A DNA stretch of 64,000 bases, from the NCBI GenBank assembly GCA_032718475.1, contig JAUCBJ010005043.1, forward strand, positions 62,001 through 126,000, given 5' to 3'. Below, piece after piece: positions 40,901-53,286 of the stretch. Position 1 is the stretch's first letter, and each line of letters begins with the position of its first letter. The translations under genes were made by a program, and so were the position numbers. This DNA comes from Nemertoderma westbladi (Eukaryota > Animalia > Xenacoelomorpha). The notes below the pieces were generated by a model. That model searched no databases. It had not been told where the DNA came from and saw only the letters and a list, made by a program, of their open reading frames with translations.

Positions 40901-42190
40901 AGTCAGTTCAAGGACCGTGCTCTGACCAAGCTCAGCCTAAGAGACTCAGCTGCTGAGAAGTTAGACAGCGCTGGATTCGCCATTTTCAAGGACGTTTGTA
41001 TACAGAACTTACATTCCTCTGTTATACAAAGACCTCGAATCCCCACGGGTTATTCTATCGTGGAAGTTCAGACAGTGGGTTCGCTTGAGGAGACAGCCAC
41101 ACCTACCTCAGCTATGCAATTGGAAGACGAACCAATATGCTTAGAATCCGAGGAGATTCAGCCCACAGCGCCCCGGAGCAGTGACAACGACTACGTCCTG
41201 GAATGGTATCAGGGTCCACAATGTCTCACCGTGTACGATTATCGGCATGCCAATTATGTCTCTAGGAAACGTTGCCGATTATGTGCATCTTGAGACCATT
41301 TCACCCCTGTGGACTCCAACGTACCATGCTCCTACTTCCATAAACAGCCTACGATGGAGATCTATTGTGTGTATTGTAGACTCAATAACTTGCACATTTT
41401 CGCAGTCTGCCCCCAATTTATGACTCAATGCCATCATTGTCAGTTTAAAGGACATGCAAGTTTTGATTGCCCTTTCAACAGCGATCTGGAAAGCGTAGAT
41501 GAAATGATTACCCTACGCTACATTCGAGCCTGGGAAGCGAACGCGGATTTACATTATGAGTCACGTCATCGCTATTACCCTGGACGTGCCTACGAAGGAG
41601 TTTATGTGTTCCACCCGTTCCACCCACAAAAATCTCGCACACCGAGTTACGAACTAATGAAGCGTGTTGGCGAGAATATTTCGACCAAATTTGTTCGTAA
41701 ATATCTCAGGAACATTAATCCCAACGATCTTAATTCCTATAACTTGATAAACTTCATTCGTCAAAATCCGGAATATGGTGACTTGTTCATCAACTCGCAT
41801 CCAGAACTACAGGAAGTTCATAGACGACCCTATGAATATAGAGCCCGAGAACGCGAGTTAGAAAGAACCATCAAACCGAGGAAATTTCTCACTACTCACG
41901 GTCCACCTACCGCTCTCGTGCAGACGACTCGTCAGGGACCAGTAAGAGCTGCTGTCCTGAAACGCGCTCTGAAGGTTGTTCGACCTCGTTCCACTGAGGT
42001 TGATATCGATCAACCGGGTACCTCGACCGGCGGATACACCGACCGTAATCCTAAACCTTCCGATGCAATTGTATTGCACCCCTCACCTAGGAGTTATAGC
42101 CCTCCTAGTAAAGTGGCTCGCCCCAAAGAGAAAAGGACTCTTGCTAGCCTCAAAAAACTGTGTAAATGCCGTTCACGTAAGAAAGACTAA
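37935..42190 (+). pseudogene. Accessory ORF2 of the BEL element: ~1,400-aa protein with N-terminal Cys/His cluster, coiled coil, DEDDy-type 3'-5' exonuclease and three C-terminal CCHC knuckles
   Basis: ORFs 37959 and 38727 are one frame (TGA at 38607). A frameshift near 39625 leads into 39680 and 41309, which are one frame (TGA at 41291). Exonuclease motifs: VVTYDNEG, LPQPVLEMLFNERILKIGSAVYGD, FVDTQ, SIGHLA..YG, PLRPSLAIYTIFE. Knuckles: CRLC..*DH...C, CVYCRLNNLHIFAVC, CHHCQFKGHASFDC. Confidence 0.8.
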
Positions 42191-42268
42191 CTGTTTAGAG
42201 TATTTTTATATTTTAGAAACTGTGATTTTTTATATTTTATAGAATTAAATCCCATTTTCTGGGAGCGG

Positions 42269-43436
42269 TGTAAAAGCTTTTGCGGATATAACAAGTCATT
42301 TTTCTCCGCAATGACTGTGTAGTTGTTTTAGCGGACATAACAAGCCATTTTTTCCGCCATGTACCTTGTAGGTGTTTTAGCGGACATAACAAGCCATTTT
42401 CTGCCGCAATACGCCTAATACTCTAAAAGACTGGAACTCCGATGACGAAATCTGTCAGCTGATTTACTGTACACATGGAGCCTCTCTTTGTTCAGGCTCG
42501 GCCAATCAGAGCGATTTTCATTTTATCTTGTACAGAGGCCTACGGAAAACCGCGCAATGCATTACGGTTTTTGTTTACCTTTTCTGAGCCTCAGAACATC
42601 GGCTTTGGAATTATTCTGTTTTTCGGTAGAAGTTTCAGACTTTGACCAACATTAGACGGCTTTGATTATAAGAACGTAAATCTATTATCTGACTGCACTG
42701 TGCAACAAACCTGAACAAACTGATGAAACTGCACTCACTCAATCCTATTCACCGCATTATTTTACTTCTGTTTACTGTCTGTTATTAATTGTTATATGTT
42801 GATGGATATGTTGTTATATTTGGAGAATACCAATAAATAATCATAAAACCCCAATCTTCTTGATTACTGAAGGTAAGAGGGACCGGTTACCGGTAGCAAT
42901 TGCGACTTACATTATAGTGGTTTTAGTGTGAATTAAATGCTATTTCATAATCCCTACATGTGTTAGTTGCTATCCTCCTTATATATGGTCAAATTCAGTG
43001 ACGGTCGACAGATCAGTGCGCAGCAGTGTGAAGTCGTATGCAGCAGTGTGACAGATAATAAAGCATCTCCTAAAGAATGCGCTATTTACGAAAATCAGTA
43101 GCCATCTCGTTGTGTTTAGTATAAGTCATAACTCTGTTTTATACTTAAAGCACCACGTCCTAAAGGAACTGTTAATATTTCCCCGAAAGTGAATAATATT
43201 GTCAGAGATTATATAGTAACGATCAATCGAATAATACAGTAGGTCTGCAACGCAATAACTTCAAAGCACCCGAATCCAGTCTCCCTTAACTGTGGGTGAA
43301 TGATCGCGCATAGACTGGCTTCGGATAATGTTACTTCATGTGCATTAAATAATTGTTATAGGCTAAAGTCGATTTATAAACAAGAGGACACCTAAAATTG
43401 GCAGGTTAAACTGCTAAAGGTCTGAAAGCGCGAACA
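42269..43436 (+). repeat. 3' LTR (1168 bp)
   Basis: Direct repeat of 27610-28804, followed by the AACTC TSD. Confidence 0.95.
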
Positions 43437-44559
43437 AACTCCACTCTACTCTATCTTACTCTCGGACCTCTCTGTCCCTTACTCTCCCTCTTACTCGCCC
43501 CCCACATTTGAATTGCACTCGTCTACATTCTGTGCACCAACACCTTCTCTCCATACTTTCCTCATACTCCTCTCATTTTGCCCTCACTCTCCACACCTGT
43601 GGTCCCATCAAGTGCCCCTCCTACTCATATCCCGGTAGTGCCCATCTGGACGATTCTTATCCCGCAGGATACGAGCTTTCACAATAAATCCTGAACTCCG
43701 CCCTGTTGTTTAATGACCACACACTTATCCGGTCCCACACATGTGTGCACCATGTTAGTGGGATCCGTCTAAGTCTCGTCCTGCTATTCTAGTCAATTAG
43801 TCCCCAGTCCCAGTAGCTAATTGGAAAAAGGTTGTATTTGACTACAGTATATATTATATAATATATACGAATTATATATAACAATTAATTATTATACAAT
43901 TATACATTATATATATATATATTATATTATATGCTCGTCTACATGACGCGCCTTAACCCCCCCGCTCGGAGGTGATATGACTCGTCACTCCCGGTCTCGC
44001 CCGTTTCATTCTCTCTCCGCCTTTCTCGTCTGGCGACTTCTTCCAGTCGCTTCTCCTCAAGTCTATCCGCTTCCAACTTCTCCCACCTCTGATATGGTGT
44101 ATCCACCTCCCTGTCTACTAGATGCCGGCTGTTGTATTACACCGACTTGCCCTTCAGCCCCGGGTGGTCTACCAGACCTTCGAAGGCCACCTTGAAGGCT
44201 CTTCTGTAGTTCGGGGGTGATCCTGATATTCTTAATTTTATTTTATTCTACCCATGTTCCCCCTGTCTGCGCTATTATCCTATCTACCTTTCTACGTGTC
44301 ACCCTTAGTGCCCGCAACTTCCATGGTACTATGTGCCCTACTAATATGTGTACCCAGTACCCTGCTATGTACCCCTCTCTTACTACGTGGCGCTTTCAGT
44401 GCCCACAACCCCTCTGCTACTACTTCTACGGTATATTGTGCTCTCTACTCTCTTACTGCTAACTCTACTAACTCTCCAACTCTACTAACTCTCTATCTCT
44501 ACTAACTCTCCAAATCTACTAACTCTCCAACTCTCTAACTCTTACTAACTCTTACTAAC

Positions 44560-45084
44560 GGTACTATGTACCCTCTTAGTCTTACTCCCTAACTCTAACT
44601 TTACTAATGGTACTACGTACCCTCTTACTCTGTAACTCTAACCCCACTAACGGTACCACGTACCCTCTTACTCTCTTACTCTAACCCCACTAACGGTACT
44701 ACGTACCCTCTTACTCTCTAACTCTAACCCCACTAACGGTACTACGTACCCTCTTACTAACTAACTCTAACCCCACTAACGGTACTACGTACCCCCTTAC
44801 TCTCTATCTCTAACCCCACTAACGGTACTACGTACCCTCTTACTCTCTAACTCTAACCCCACTAACGGTACTACGTACCCTCTTACTCTCTAACTCTAAC
44901 CCCACTAATGGTACTACGTACCCTCTTACTCTCTATCTCTAACCCCACTAACGGTACTACGTACCCTCTTACTCTCTAACTCTAACTCCACTAACGGTAC
45001 TACGTACCCTCTTACTCTAACCCCACTAACGGTACTACGTACCCTCTTACTCTTTATCTCTAACTCCACTAACGGTACTACGTA
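44560..45084. repeat. ~43-bp tandem repeat (CTAACCCCACTAACGGTACTACGTACCCTCTTACTCTCTAACT)
   Basis: About a dozen direct units, read from sequence. Confidence 0.9.
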
Positions 45085-45109
45085 CAGTAGGTACGTAGTA
45101 CCATTAATG

Positions 45110-45700
45110 TAGGGGTGAAGTAATCATACATATATTATCCCGAGCCAATCAATCGTTACTAATGCTTCCCTTCTGCTTACCTCGTAATAATAAAGAAAGT
45201 TAGTTGGGATTATCGATTATAAGTACGTATTCTCCAAATATAAACATCCATTAAATATGTTACCAAACAACAATGAATAACAGTATAAACAGCATAAATT
45301 ACGCGGTGCCGGCGGTTAATCAACAGTCAGATGTTAGCAGACTGCTCAAAAGTCACTGAATGCAGTGAGTGCAGGTCATTTACTTTGAGCTCTACTATAA
45401 CTCTCGCCACTGATGGCATTCGGGCAGAAGTCAGAATGAACGATTTTGTCGCATTGCGGCATATTCGTACGTAAACAAGATCTCAGGAATTCGCAAAGTG
45501 AAAATTGTGCTGATTGGCCGTTCAAATAGCATAGGAGCTACGGAACAAAGAAAATATTGACCAATTGCTGGTGATTTCATCACTAGAGCTCTATACCAAA
45601 AATAAACGCCACAGGGCGCAAGTGAACTTTCTTGAGACATTGCTGCCTTTAGAGTAGTTCGCATATTGCACAAAAAAGACACGTTGCCGCAAAAGATTTT
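45110..45700 (-). mobile_element. Diverged inverted homolog of the BEL LTR (probable older related LTR)
   Basis: The reverse complement shares ordered blocks with the LTR: CGGCCAATCAG, CTGCACTCACT, ATGGAT..TTATATTTGGAGAATAC, ATAATC...CCCAA and AGGTAAG. Confidence 0.55.
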
Positions 45701-45898
45701 AACCATTACCAAATCAAATCGCCAGGGCGATATATTTTCTACTTTATATCGCAGCGCAACTTTATTTATCACTCGCAGCGCAACTTTATTTATCACTATG
45801 TCCCTACGTCATACATTTATGATTCAAGTATGTCACCGCGTCATTATAAATATACAGTGATCACTTACGTCATTAAAATACACACAATAACTACTTCA

Positions 45899-45956
45899 TA
45901 AAGAATCGAACCAGCGGCCTTTACATTCATAACCCGACGCGTTATCCACTACGCTA
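45899..45956 (-). mobile_element. tRNA-derived SINE head
   Basis: Minus strand reads TAGCGTAGTGG (A box) ... GGTTCGATTC (B box); no complete cloverleaf. Confidence 0.55.
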
Positions 45957-47857
45957 ATTTGGTACGAGACGAAAGTGTTTATAATTTACATGTCATGCTT
46001 TCCTGTTACAAGGACAAGGTTGTTCTAGAAAGTTTTAATTATAAATAATTCCCCGCAAATGAATAAAATTAGATTCGCCATTATTTATAATTAGCAATTT
46101 ACTACTGCAAAACTACTTAGTCCGGTAGCCAGCGGTTACCCTATAATGCTAAGAGAACATGAAATCCTCGTTTTTTAGTTAGTCGGCTGTGGTTGTCGGC
46201 TGTTGATTGTCGGCGTTACGTTTACACCCTTTGTAGTCAGGTAACAACGGGCTACAATTTAGTTAGAAATAAAGGCAACGGGACATGTCATGCATGGTCG
46301 CTTAGGTTGAGAATTAAATGGATGGGACAGTGTGTGAGTACCTACTTAGTTCCAGTAAATACTGATACAAAATTTAATTAATCAAAGGGCTGCCTCTATA
46401 GACAGCGGATATTAAGAAATATCAAACGGTTATCAGCCTGTACCTGTACGCCTTGTAATACTCAATATACAATGCATTATTTAGTATTCCATGGCTTCTA
46501 GCATTTTGCTATAATACTTTGAAGCATGATGGTTCGTGTTGTTACGTTATACGACATCAACGTGGTTTGACTTTATAACTAAACGATAACAAAAAGTCTT
46601 GACAGGGAGTGTTGTGTTGTACAGTATGATAATAAGAATAACATATATGATATACATCGCTTCATGTATAATGTATATCGTATGTGAGGTTGACTAAACG
46701 TCATCGGAAAAGCCAACACGATACTAATGTATGCAGAATGCAGTGGCATCGGATTAGCTGTCTGCAAAGCAGGACGCCAGGTTATTCAGTCTCCAGTGTC
46801 TATTTTAATATTTCGCATTAAGAAATTAAAAAAGTAGTGTAGGCCAACCAAAGTAGTTATGCCGAATTCTATATACTTTGATTCTATATCGCATCCCGTT
46901 AATCATAAAAGGTATCGAAATTCAACATGTCAATGTAATCTGTTGTAATTAATATTAATATTACTTAAGGGACAGATTTAAACTAAGAAACACCAGTGAA
47001 ACAGTAAAACACTAGGGAAATATAGGGAACACAAGGCAAGGGAAATATAGGGAAAAGACTAATAAAGTAATAAAACACCTGGAAAATATGTATTGATAAA
47101 CCGGATAATTAACCTACGTAACTACTCTAAATCTGTAATCCTAAATGTATTCCTCACTCAGTCAGTGTTTTACCGCTATTGATGTATATTAGTGTATTGT
47201 TAGGGTAGGACTATCTTCTCGTGTTTAAGCACCATAAGTTACAAGAGTGCCGGTTAGGGTGTACTGAGAAGTGACGTACACAGGCATCGGAGTGATATTT
47301 TTTCGGACTGTGGTTATACTATTTAGGGGGTGTAATAATTCACAAATTGATTAATTTCTACTCTTATAATAGGGGTGAATATTGCAGGAAGGGCGCAAAG
47401 GATGAACACTCCGTAAATATACATTTTACTTTACTCCCCCGGCAGAAGTCAGGTCTCCCATATTACCGGGTACTAATGATTGGCTGAAAGTGGATGCGAC
47501 TTTAATTGCACAACTTTTCTGTATTTTTATCCACCCCCAAAGATGATCTATCTATTTAATAAAAGGATTGGATGTTTGCTATTAATTATCAAACAGACCT
47601 CTTATATTGTATTCAAATAAATCATGAAATCATCAGGGGGAGATTTAATACAACTAATTTGTTTTAGCCAATCGAGAGGGGGGGGGGGGATCATAAATTC
47701 ATATATGCATTAATATCATCCTTTAAAATAGGAGGAGAAATAAGGACCATTATTCGATAAAAAAAATGTAAGGGGAAACCACTGCTTTTTTCCACACATA
47801 AATATATAAATTATAATTTAAAACATTGCCTTTCATTATTATTTTCTTCTCTCACAG

Positions 47858-47873
47858 ACGTATGGTACTATGA
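47858..47873 (+). CDS. Possible terminal coding exon of the EGF-ligand gene (...K-R-M-V-L-stop)
   Basis: Strong pyrimidine tract TTTTCTTCTCTCACAG and phase-2 compatible, giving a short basic then hydrophobic tail. Other acceptors (e.g. about 19142) also fit, so this is tentative. Confidence 0.25.
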
Positions 47874-48328
47874 CAATCACAAAAGGTTACACGGGCGACT
47901 AAATATTGTGGAGTAACTAACTTCAACATACTGTATGCCAAATCAATGTTTGGTTGCTGGTTCGAATCCCTGAAGATGGACCGCGAAAACAGATCCTAAG
48001 GGAACCTCTTAAAACACATTACTTATTATCCTTATTATAATCCCAGGTGCATGACCTCACTTGTTAATTACCGGCTGCAGGCGACCATAAATGGGCACAA
48101 ATAGACACCGTCAATATTCAATAATAACTATTTAGGACACGGAAAACAATGGGATTTCTTACCGATGACCGCGAGATGTATAATTTGCCGAGTGAGGCTA
48201 ATTACACATCAAGCAGTTGTAAGCAAAACTTTGTTTTAAATAAAATACGTAATTCTTTTTCTACAAAATTGCCTTTGCTCCTCACTTTTTTCCCTTTGTT
48301 ATTCCCCTGGCTCGCGTGTAAGGTAATA

Positions 48329-48750
48329 TTATATTGAGTGGTGGAACATTGTATATTGACTAATGTTAATTAAACGAGTTAATTAAGCTCGACGTCATTG
48401 TTTGATATACAAAGTTCCATTACATCTGTTTTACATTTGTTTGAACTTCTGTGCATTCATTACATTACATATTATCTCGTGTAACTAGAAAAGGGTATAA
48501 AATTAGAAAAGGATATATAATTAGAAAAGGATATATAATTAGAAAAGGATATATAATTAAAAAATGATATATATAATTATATATCCTTTTCTAGTTACAC
48601 GAGATAATATGTAATGTAATGAATGCACAGAAGTTCAAACAAATGTAAAACAGATATAATGGAACTTTGTATATCAAACAATGACGTCGAGCTTAATTAA
48701 CTCGTTTAATTAACATTAGTCAATATACAATGTTCCACCACTCAATATAA
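48329..48750. repeat. Long inverted repeat / foldback element with ~165-bp arms
   Basis: 48329-48494 is the reverse complement of 48586-48750, with one visible mismatch. The spacer is made of TAGAAAAGGATATATAAT tandem units. Confidence 0.9.
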
Positions 48751-49280
48751 CATGACTTTACATCGCGCTAATAATAGCACCGGGCCGCGACGCCGTGGAT
48801 TACTTTACAATTCGCTTTCAGGTAAGTTCACGCTGTCGCCATGAATACGCGGTGTGACCGATAGCACCATTTAAACGAAATATAAGAAACGCAAATAATT
48901 ACGATTATTGACTTTAGGATTTAGATATTAGGTGCAATATAAGTAAATGGTACAAATAAATCAATATATTTCAAGGTAAAGATTAGCAAATTTCAGGAAC
49001 ATCAGTTGCCTTTGTTTCACCTTTCCTATCCAATTATTTGTTGGTCCAATCTATTCCTGGCAGTCGGTTATGAAGAGGATAAAAATTGCAACTTTGAGGA
49101 ATCAGGATAATATTCGCGTCCATTTTGCGGTTATTTATATACAAGCCTAATGAAGGAGAAATACTTACGCCATGTCAGTGGCAAAAACATGATACCAACC
49201 ATTATTACTGTAATTAAGTAGGACTATAATTAAATACTTAATAAAAAATAGTTGAAATTGTATATAGAAAATTGTTTTTG

Positions 49281-50808
49281 GAGCACTCGGGAAGGGCCAT
49301 AGTGTTGGTGGAGCACTCGGGAAGGGCCTTGGTGTTGGTGGAGCACTCGGGAAGGGCCTTAGTGTTGCTGGAGCACTCGGGAAGGGCCTTAGTGTTGGTG
49401 GAGCACTCGGGAAGGGCCTTAGTGTTGGTGGAGCACTCGGGAAGGGCCTTAGTGTTGGTGGAGCACTCGGGAAGGGCCTAGTGTTGGTGGAGCACTCGGG
49501 AAGGGCCTTAGTGTTGGTGGAGCACTCGGGAAGGGCCTTAGTGTTGGTGGAGCACTCGGGAAGGGCCTTAGTGTTGGTGGAGCACTCGGGAAGGGCCTTA
49601 GTGTTGGTGGAGCACTCGGGAAGGGCCTTAGTGTTGGTGGAGCACTCGGGAAGGGCCTTAGTGTTGGCGGAGCACTCGGGAAGGGCCTTAGTGTTGGTGG
49701 AGCACTCGGGAAGGGCCTTAGTGTTGGTGGAGCACTCGGGAAGGGCCTTAGTGTTGACGGAGCACTCGGTAAGGTTCTTAGTGTTGGTGGAGCACTAGGG
49801 AAGGAACTTAGTGTTGATGGAGCACTCGGGAAGGGCCTTAGTGTTGGTGGATCACTCGGGAGGGCTTTCGTGTTGGTGGAGCACTCAGGAAGGGCCTTAG
49901 TGTTGGTGGAGCACTCGGGAAGGGCCTTAGTGTTGGTGGAGCACTCGGGAAGGCCTTAGTGAGGTGGAGCACTCGGGAAGGGCCTTAGTGTTGGTGGAGC
50001 ACTCGGGAAGGGCCTTAGTGTTGGTGGAGCACTCGGGAAGGGCCTTAGTGTTGGTGGAGCACTCGGGAAGGGCCTTAGTGTTGGTGGAGCACTCGGGAAG
50101 GCCTTAGTGAGGTGGAGCACTCGGGAAGGGCCTTAGTGTTGGTGGAGCACTCGGGAAGGGCCTTAGTGTTGGTGGAGCACTCGGGAAGGGCCTAGTGTTG
50201 GTGGAGCACTCGGGAAGGGCCTTAGTGTTGGTGGAGCACTCGGGAAGGGCCTTAGTGTTGGTGGAGCACTCGGGAAGGGCCTTAGTGTTGGTGGAGCACT
50301 CGGGAAGGGCCTTAGTGTTGGTGGAGCACTCGGGAAGGGCCTTAGTGTTGGTGGAGCACTCGGGAAGGGCCTTAGTGTTGGCGGAGCACTCGGGAAGGGC
50401 CTTAGTGTTGGTGGAGCACTCGGGAAGGGCCTTAGTGTTGGTGGAGCACTCGGGAAGGGCCTTAGTGTTGACGGAGCACTCGGTAAGGTTCTTAGTGTTG
50501 GTGGAGCACTAGGGAAGGAACTTAGTGTTGATGGAGCACTCGGGAAGGGCCTTAGTGTTGGTGGATCACTCGGGAGGGCTTTCGTGTTGGTGGAGCACTC
50601 AGGAAGGGCCTTAGTGTTGGTGGAGCACTCGGGAAGGGCCTTAGTGTTGGTGGAGCACTCGGGAAGGCCTTAGTGAGGTGGAGCACTCGGGAAGGGCCTT
50701 AGTGTTGGTGGAGCACTCGGGAAGGGCCTTAGTGTTGGTGGAGCACTCGGGAAGGGCCTTAGTGTTGGTGGAGCACTCGGGAAGGGCCTTAGTGTTGGTG
50801 GAGCACTC
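49281..50808. repeat. 30-bp satellite (GAGCACTCGGGAAGGGCCTTAGTGTTGGTG) with a 714-bp higher-order duplication
   Basis: Tandem units; an identical variant pattern appears at 49481 and 50195. Confidence 0.96.
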
Positions 50809-51710
50809 AGCCTCGGCAAGAGCTTTCCCTAAATTTGTAAATACATAGATAATAATAATATTATAATTGTATATATATCTATTGCTGTTGTAAAGTCGAA
50901 AAACATTTATATTTTGAAGCATGTCTCACACATATTTTTAGGTATTTCATTGTGATGTCACTTCACTGATATTCCTTCCTGATTTACATTTACTCGGATA
51001 ACGTTATTATAAGAAAGTATTGGTGCCAGGTCCACAATGTAAGATATACTAAAACAGCTAAATAGGGTTCCACATGTTTATAGAAATCAATATAATTTGT
51101 AAACAAATTATTTCTAATAAAAATTACATAATAAAATATCTAGCCGCATCATAAATAACAAAAGCAAATAAATAAAATAGCTATTAAAATTACCGAACTA
51201 ATCAAGTTAAGTTGACAATTAAAACAAATTAACTAAATAAATACAATATTATGACTTTCATTCAATCATCTAACTTTTTGTCGGTGCGAACAAAATTATC
51301 AACTTCCACAAATTGTAATAATTAGTGCCTAGCCTAGCCTAGCCGAATACCCAGTTACGATAAACTGCACAACGCCACGTAGTTTTCAGGGACAGGGTAC
51401 GATACGAAATCAAATTTTCGTATTAAAAATATTTCCTAGTTTTTTTTTAATTAATTTAGTTATATTTATTTTTCATTGAAAATGATAAAAAATTGAATAA
51501 GAATGCGCGTTACCGATACCAAATAGTTAGCTGTTACCAAACTGTTATTGTTACAGTGAGCTGTGATGTATTTTATCAAGGCCCGGGTATCGGTAGTATT
51601 CAACATACCGGTATCTGAGCCCTGAACTTAATACTAAATGATCACAAATTGCCAGTTGTTGGTGCAGGTTCCTTTGGGGAGAGTTAAGTGATATGGGGGG
51701 GGGGGGGGGG

Positions 51711-52212
51711 GGGGCGTTCATAAAGTATGTCACGCAAGCTCAACCCCCCCGCACCCCCTCTGACACTGATTAGAAAATTTGTAATACCCCAAAACAATAA
51801 CACCCCCCCCCGCCCCGACAAAAAATAATTTATTGTAATAATACACAATGTTTGTTATGCCAAAATACAATATAAATTCAATCACTATATCTACATTTTC
51901 CCTCGGGCAAGTCAAGTGTTCTTATTCTATATTAATAACAGGTATTATAGTGTTGGAGTCAATGGCTGCTATGTCCTACTCAATTTATCGATTAAACTCA
52001 ATGTTATTGAGTTTATTGTTTTCCTTAAAGTTACCCACTCTTCTACACATGTGTGAAAATCAAAGCCAAGCTAACATTAAAGCATAGAACATCGCCGTGA
52101 CCGTCACAAAAGTCAACACCCCCCTCCCCCCTCTGTCACAAAATGTCACGCAATCTCTAACCCCCCCCCCCCCTCCCCCCCTAGTGCGTGACGTACTATA
52201 TGAACGCCCCCT
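51711..52212. mobile_element. PIF/Harbinger-like MITE
   Basis: TIRs GGGGCGTTCATAAAGTATGTCACGC and GCGTGACGTACTATATGAACGCCCC. Confidence 0.6.
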
Positions 52213-52274
52213 ATATTGCTTTTAATATCTAATTTTTGCATGCTGTATAACTGGGGTATAATCACATAAAGTAA

Positions 52275-52790
52275 ACACGAAGTGGGGACTTCGCGCAGCA
52301 CGAAGTTGGCAGAGCCTTAGCGAATTGACACTGTTAGGGGGTAGGTCAATTTATGCAAATAGTCACGTTGGCCCTCTAGCGGCAGACTGGAGAACTGCAG
52401 ATGGATTCGCCTCCTTTGAAAGTCACAGCTAATGGTCTAATACATATCTGCCAAGTTTCAGCTTAAACGGATTAAAAGCAAAGAAATGGGAGGGCATTTA
52501 ATGTTTAGACAAGTGGCCCTCTAGCGGGAGACCATTCCACTGATGGTGTCTGAAAGTCTCTCAAAAATCTCAACTTTTGCTCATATTGATACCTACAAAT
52601 TTTCAACTTGGCAGCTTTAAATCCGACAAAGTTATTAGCATGTCAAAATCGTAACGACGACGACGACGACAACGACGACGACAACGACGACGACAACGAC
52701 GACGACGACAACTATTTGCATAAATTGACCCACCCCCTAACAGTGTCAATTCGCTAAGGCTCCGCCAACTTCGTGGCTCGCCCCACAAAT
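52275..52790 (+). mobile_element. Best-preserved copy of the HINE/MITE-like family, with ~65-bp internal inverted repeats and an (ACG)n tract
   Basis: CACGAAGTTGGC...TTTATGCAAATAG (about 52299-52362) is inverted at 52711-52775. Outer ends are GTGGGG and CCCCAC; the ACG microsatellite spans 52654-52710. Confidence 0.6.
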
Positions 52791-53286
52791 ATTCCTGACT
52801 TAGTAGAGAAGAAGCAAAGAGTAAATACTGATAAAAATAATACGATACGAAAAAAAAGGAAAACTTTATTGTATTTCGTATCGCATCTTGGATGATATTC
52901 CGCATCGTTTCGGATTATCTCAAAAACCTCTATTGAATCATTGGTTCGTATCGTATCGCATCGTGTCCCACTAAGTTAATAAAAGTTTGCCACAATAATA
53001 TTATATCATTTAGTACAAAATTGTTAGGAGAATGAAACTGGGGCTCACCTCCTTACAAATTACCGCCATAATGATATCGGTGTAGCTAATAAGAAATTAA
53101 TAATAACAAACGTTACAGTAAATTATAAAAAGCACCATTAAAGAGTGGAGGTTATCGGATGCACCCTTTTTTGTAAATGTAATGTATCATCACTAGATGA
53201 CGTAACTCAAGGTACAACAGTGACGTCATTAATGGACGAAACCTATCTAGCTAGTGTGACGTCACTGCGGACCGAGCAGCAGACCT

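Larger units (their letters stand above)
27610..43436 (+). mobile_element. BEL/Pao LTR retrotransposon, 15.8 kb, with accessory ORF
   Basis: TG...CA LTRs at 27610-28804 and 42269-43436; 5-bp TSD AACTC at 27605-27609 and 43437-43441; purine tract GGGAGCGG before the 3' LTR; BEL-type gag, protease and RT motifs. Confidence 0.96.

Noticed and set aside
37959-42190. env gene
   Set aside because: No signal peptide, TM anchor or fusion-protein Cys pattern; exonuclease and knuckle motifs are present instead.
45899-45956. tRNA gene
   Set aside because: A and B boxes are present, but no convincing acceptor stem or cloverleaf; treated as a SINE head.
49272-50922. VEHSGRALVL-repeat ORFs, or a CRISPR-like array
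   Set aside because: Head-to-tail 30-bp satellite with no unique spacers, frameshifting units, eukaryotic context and no cas genes.
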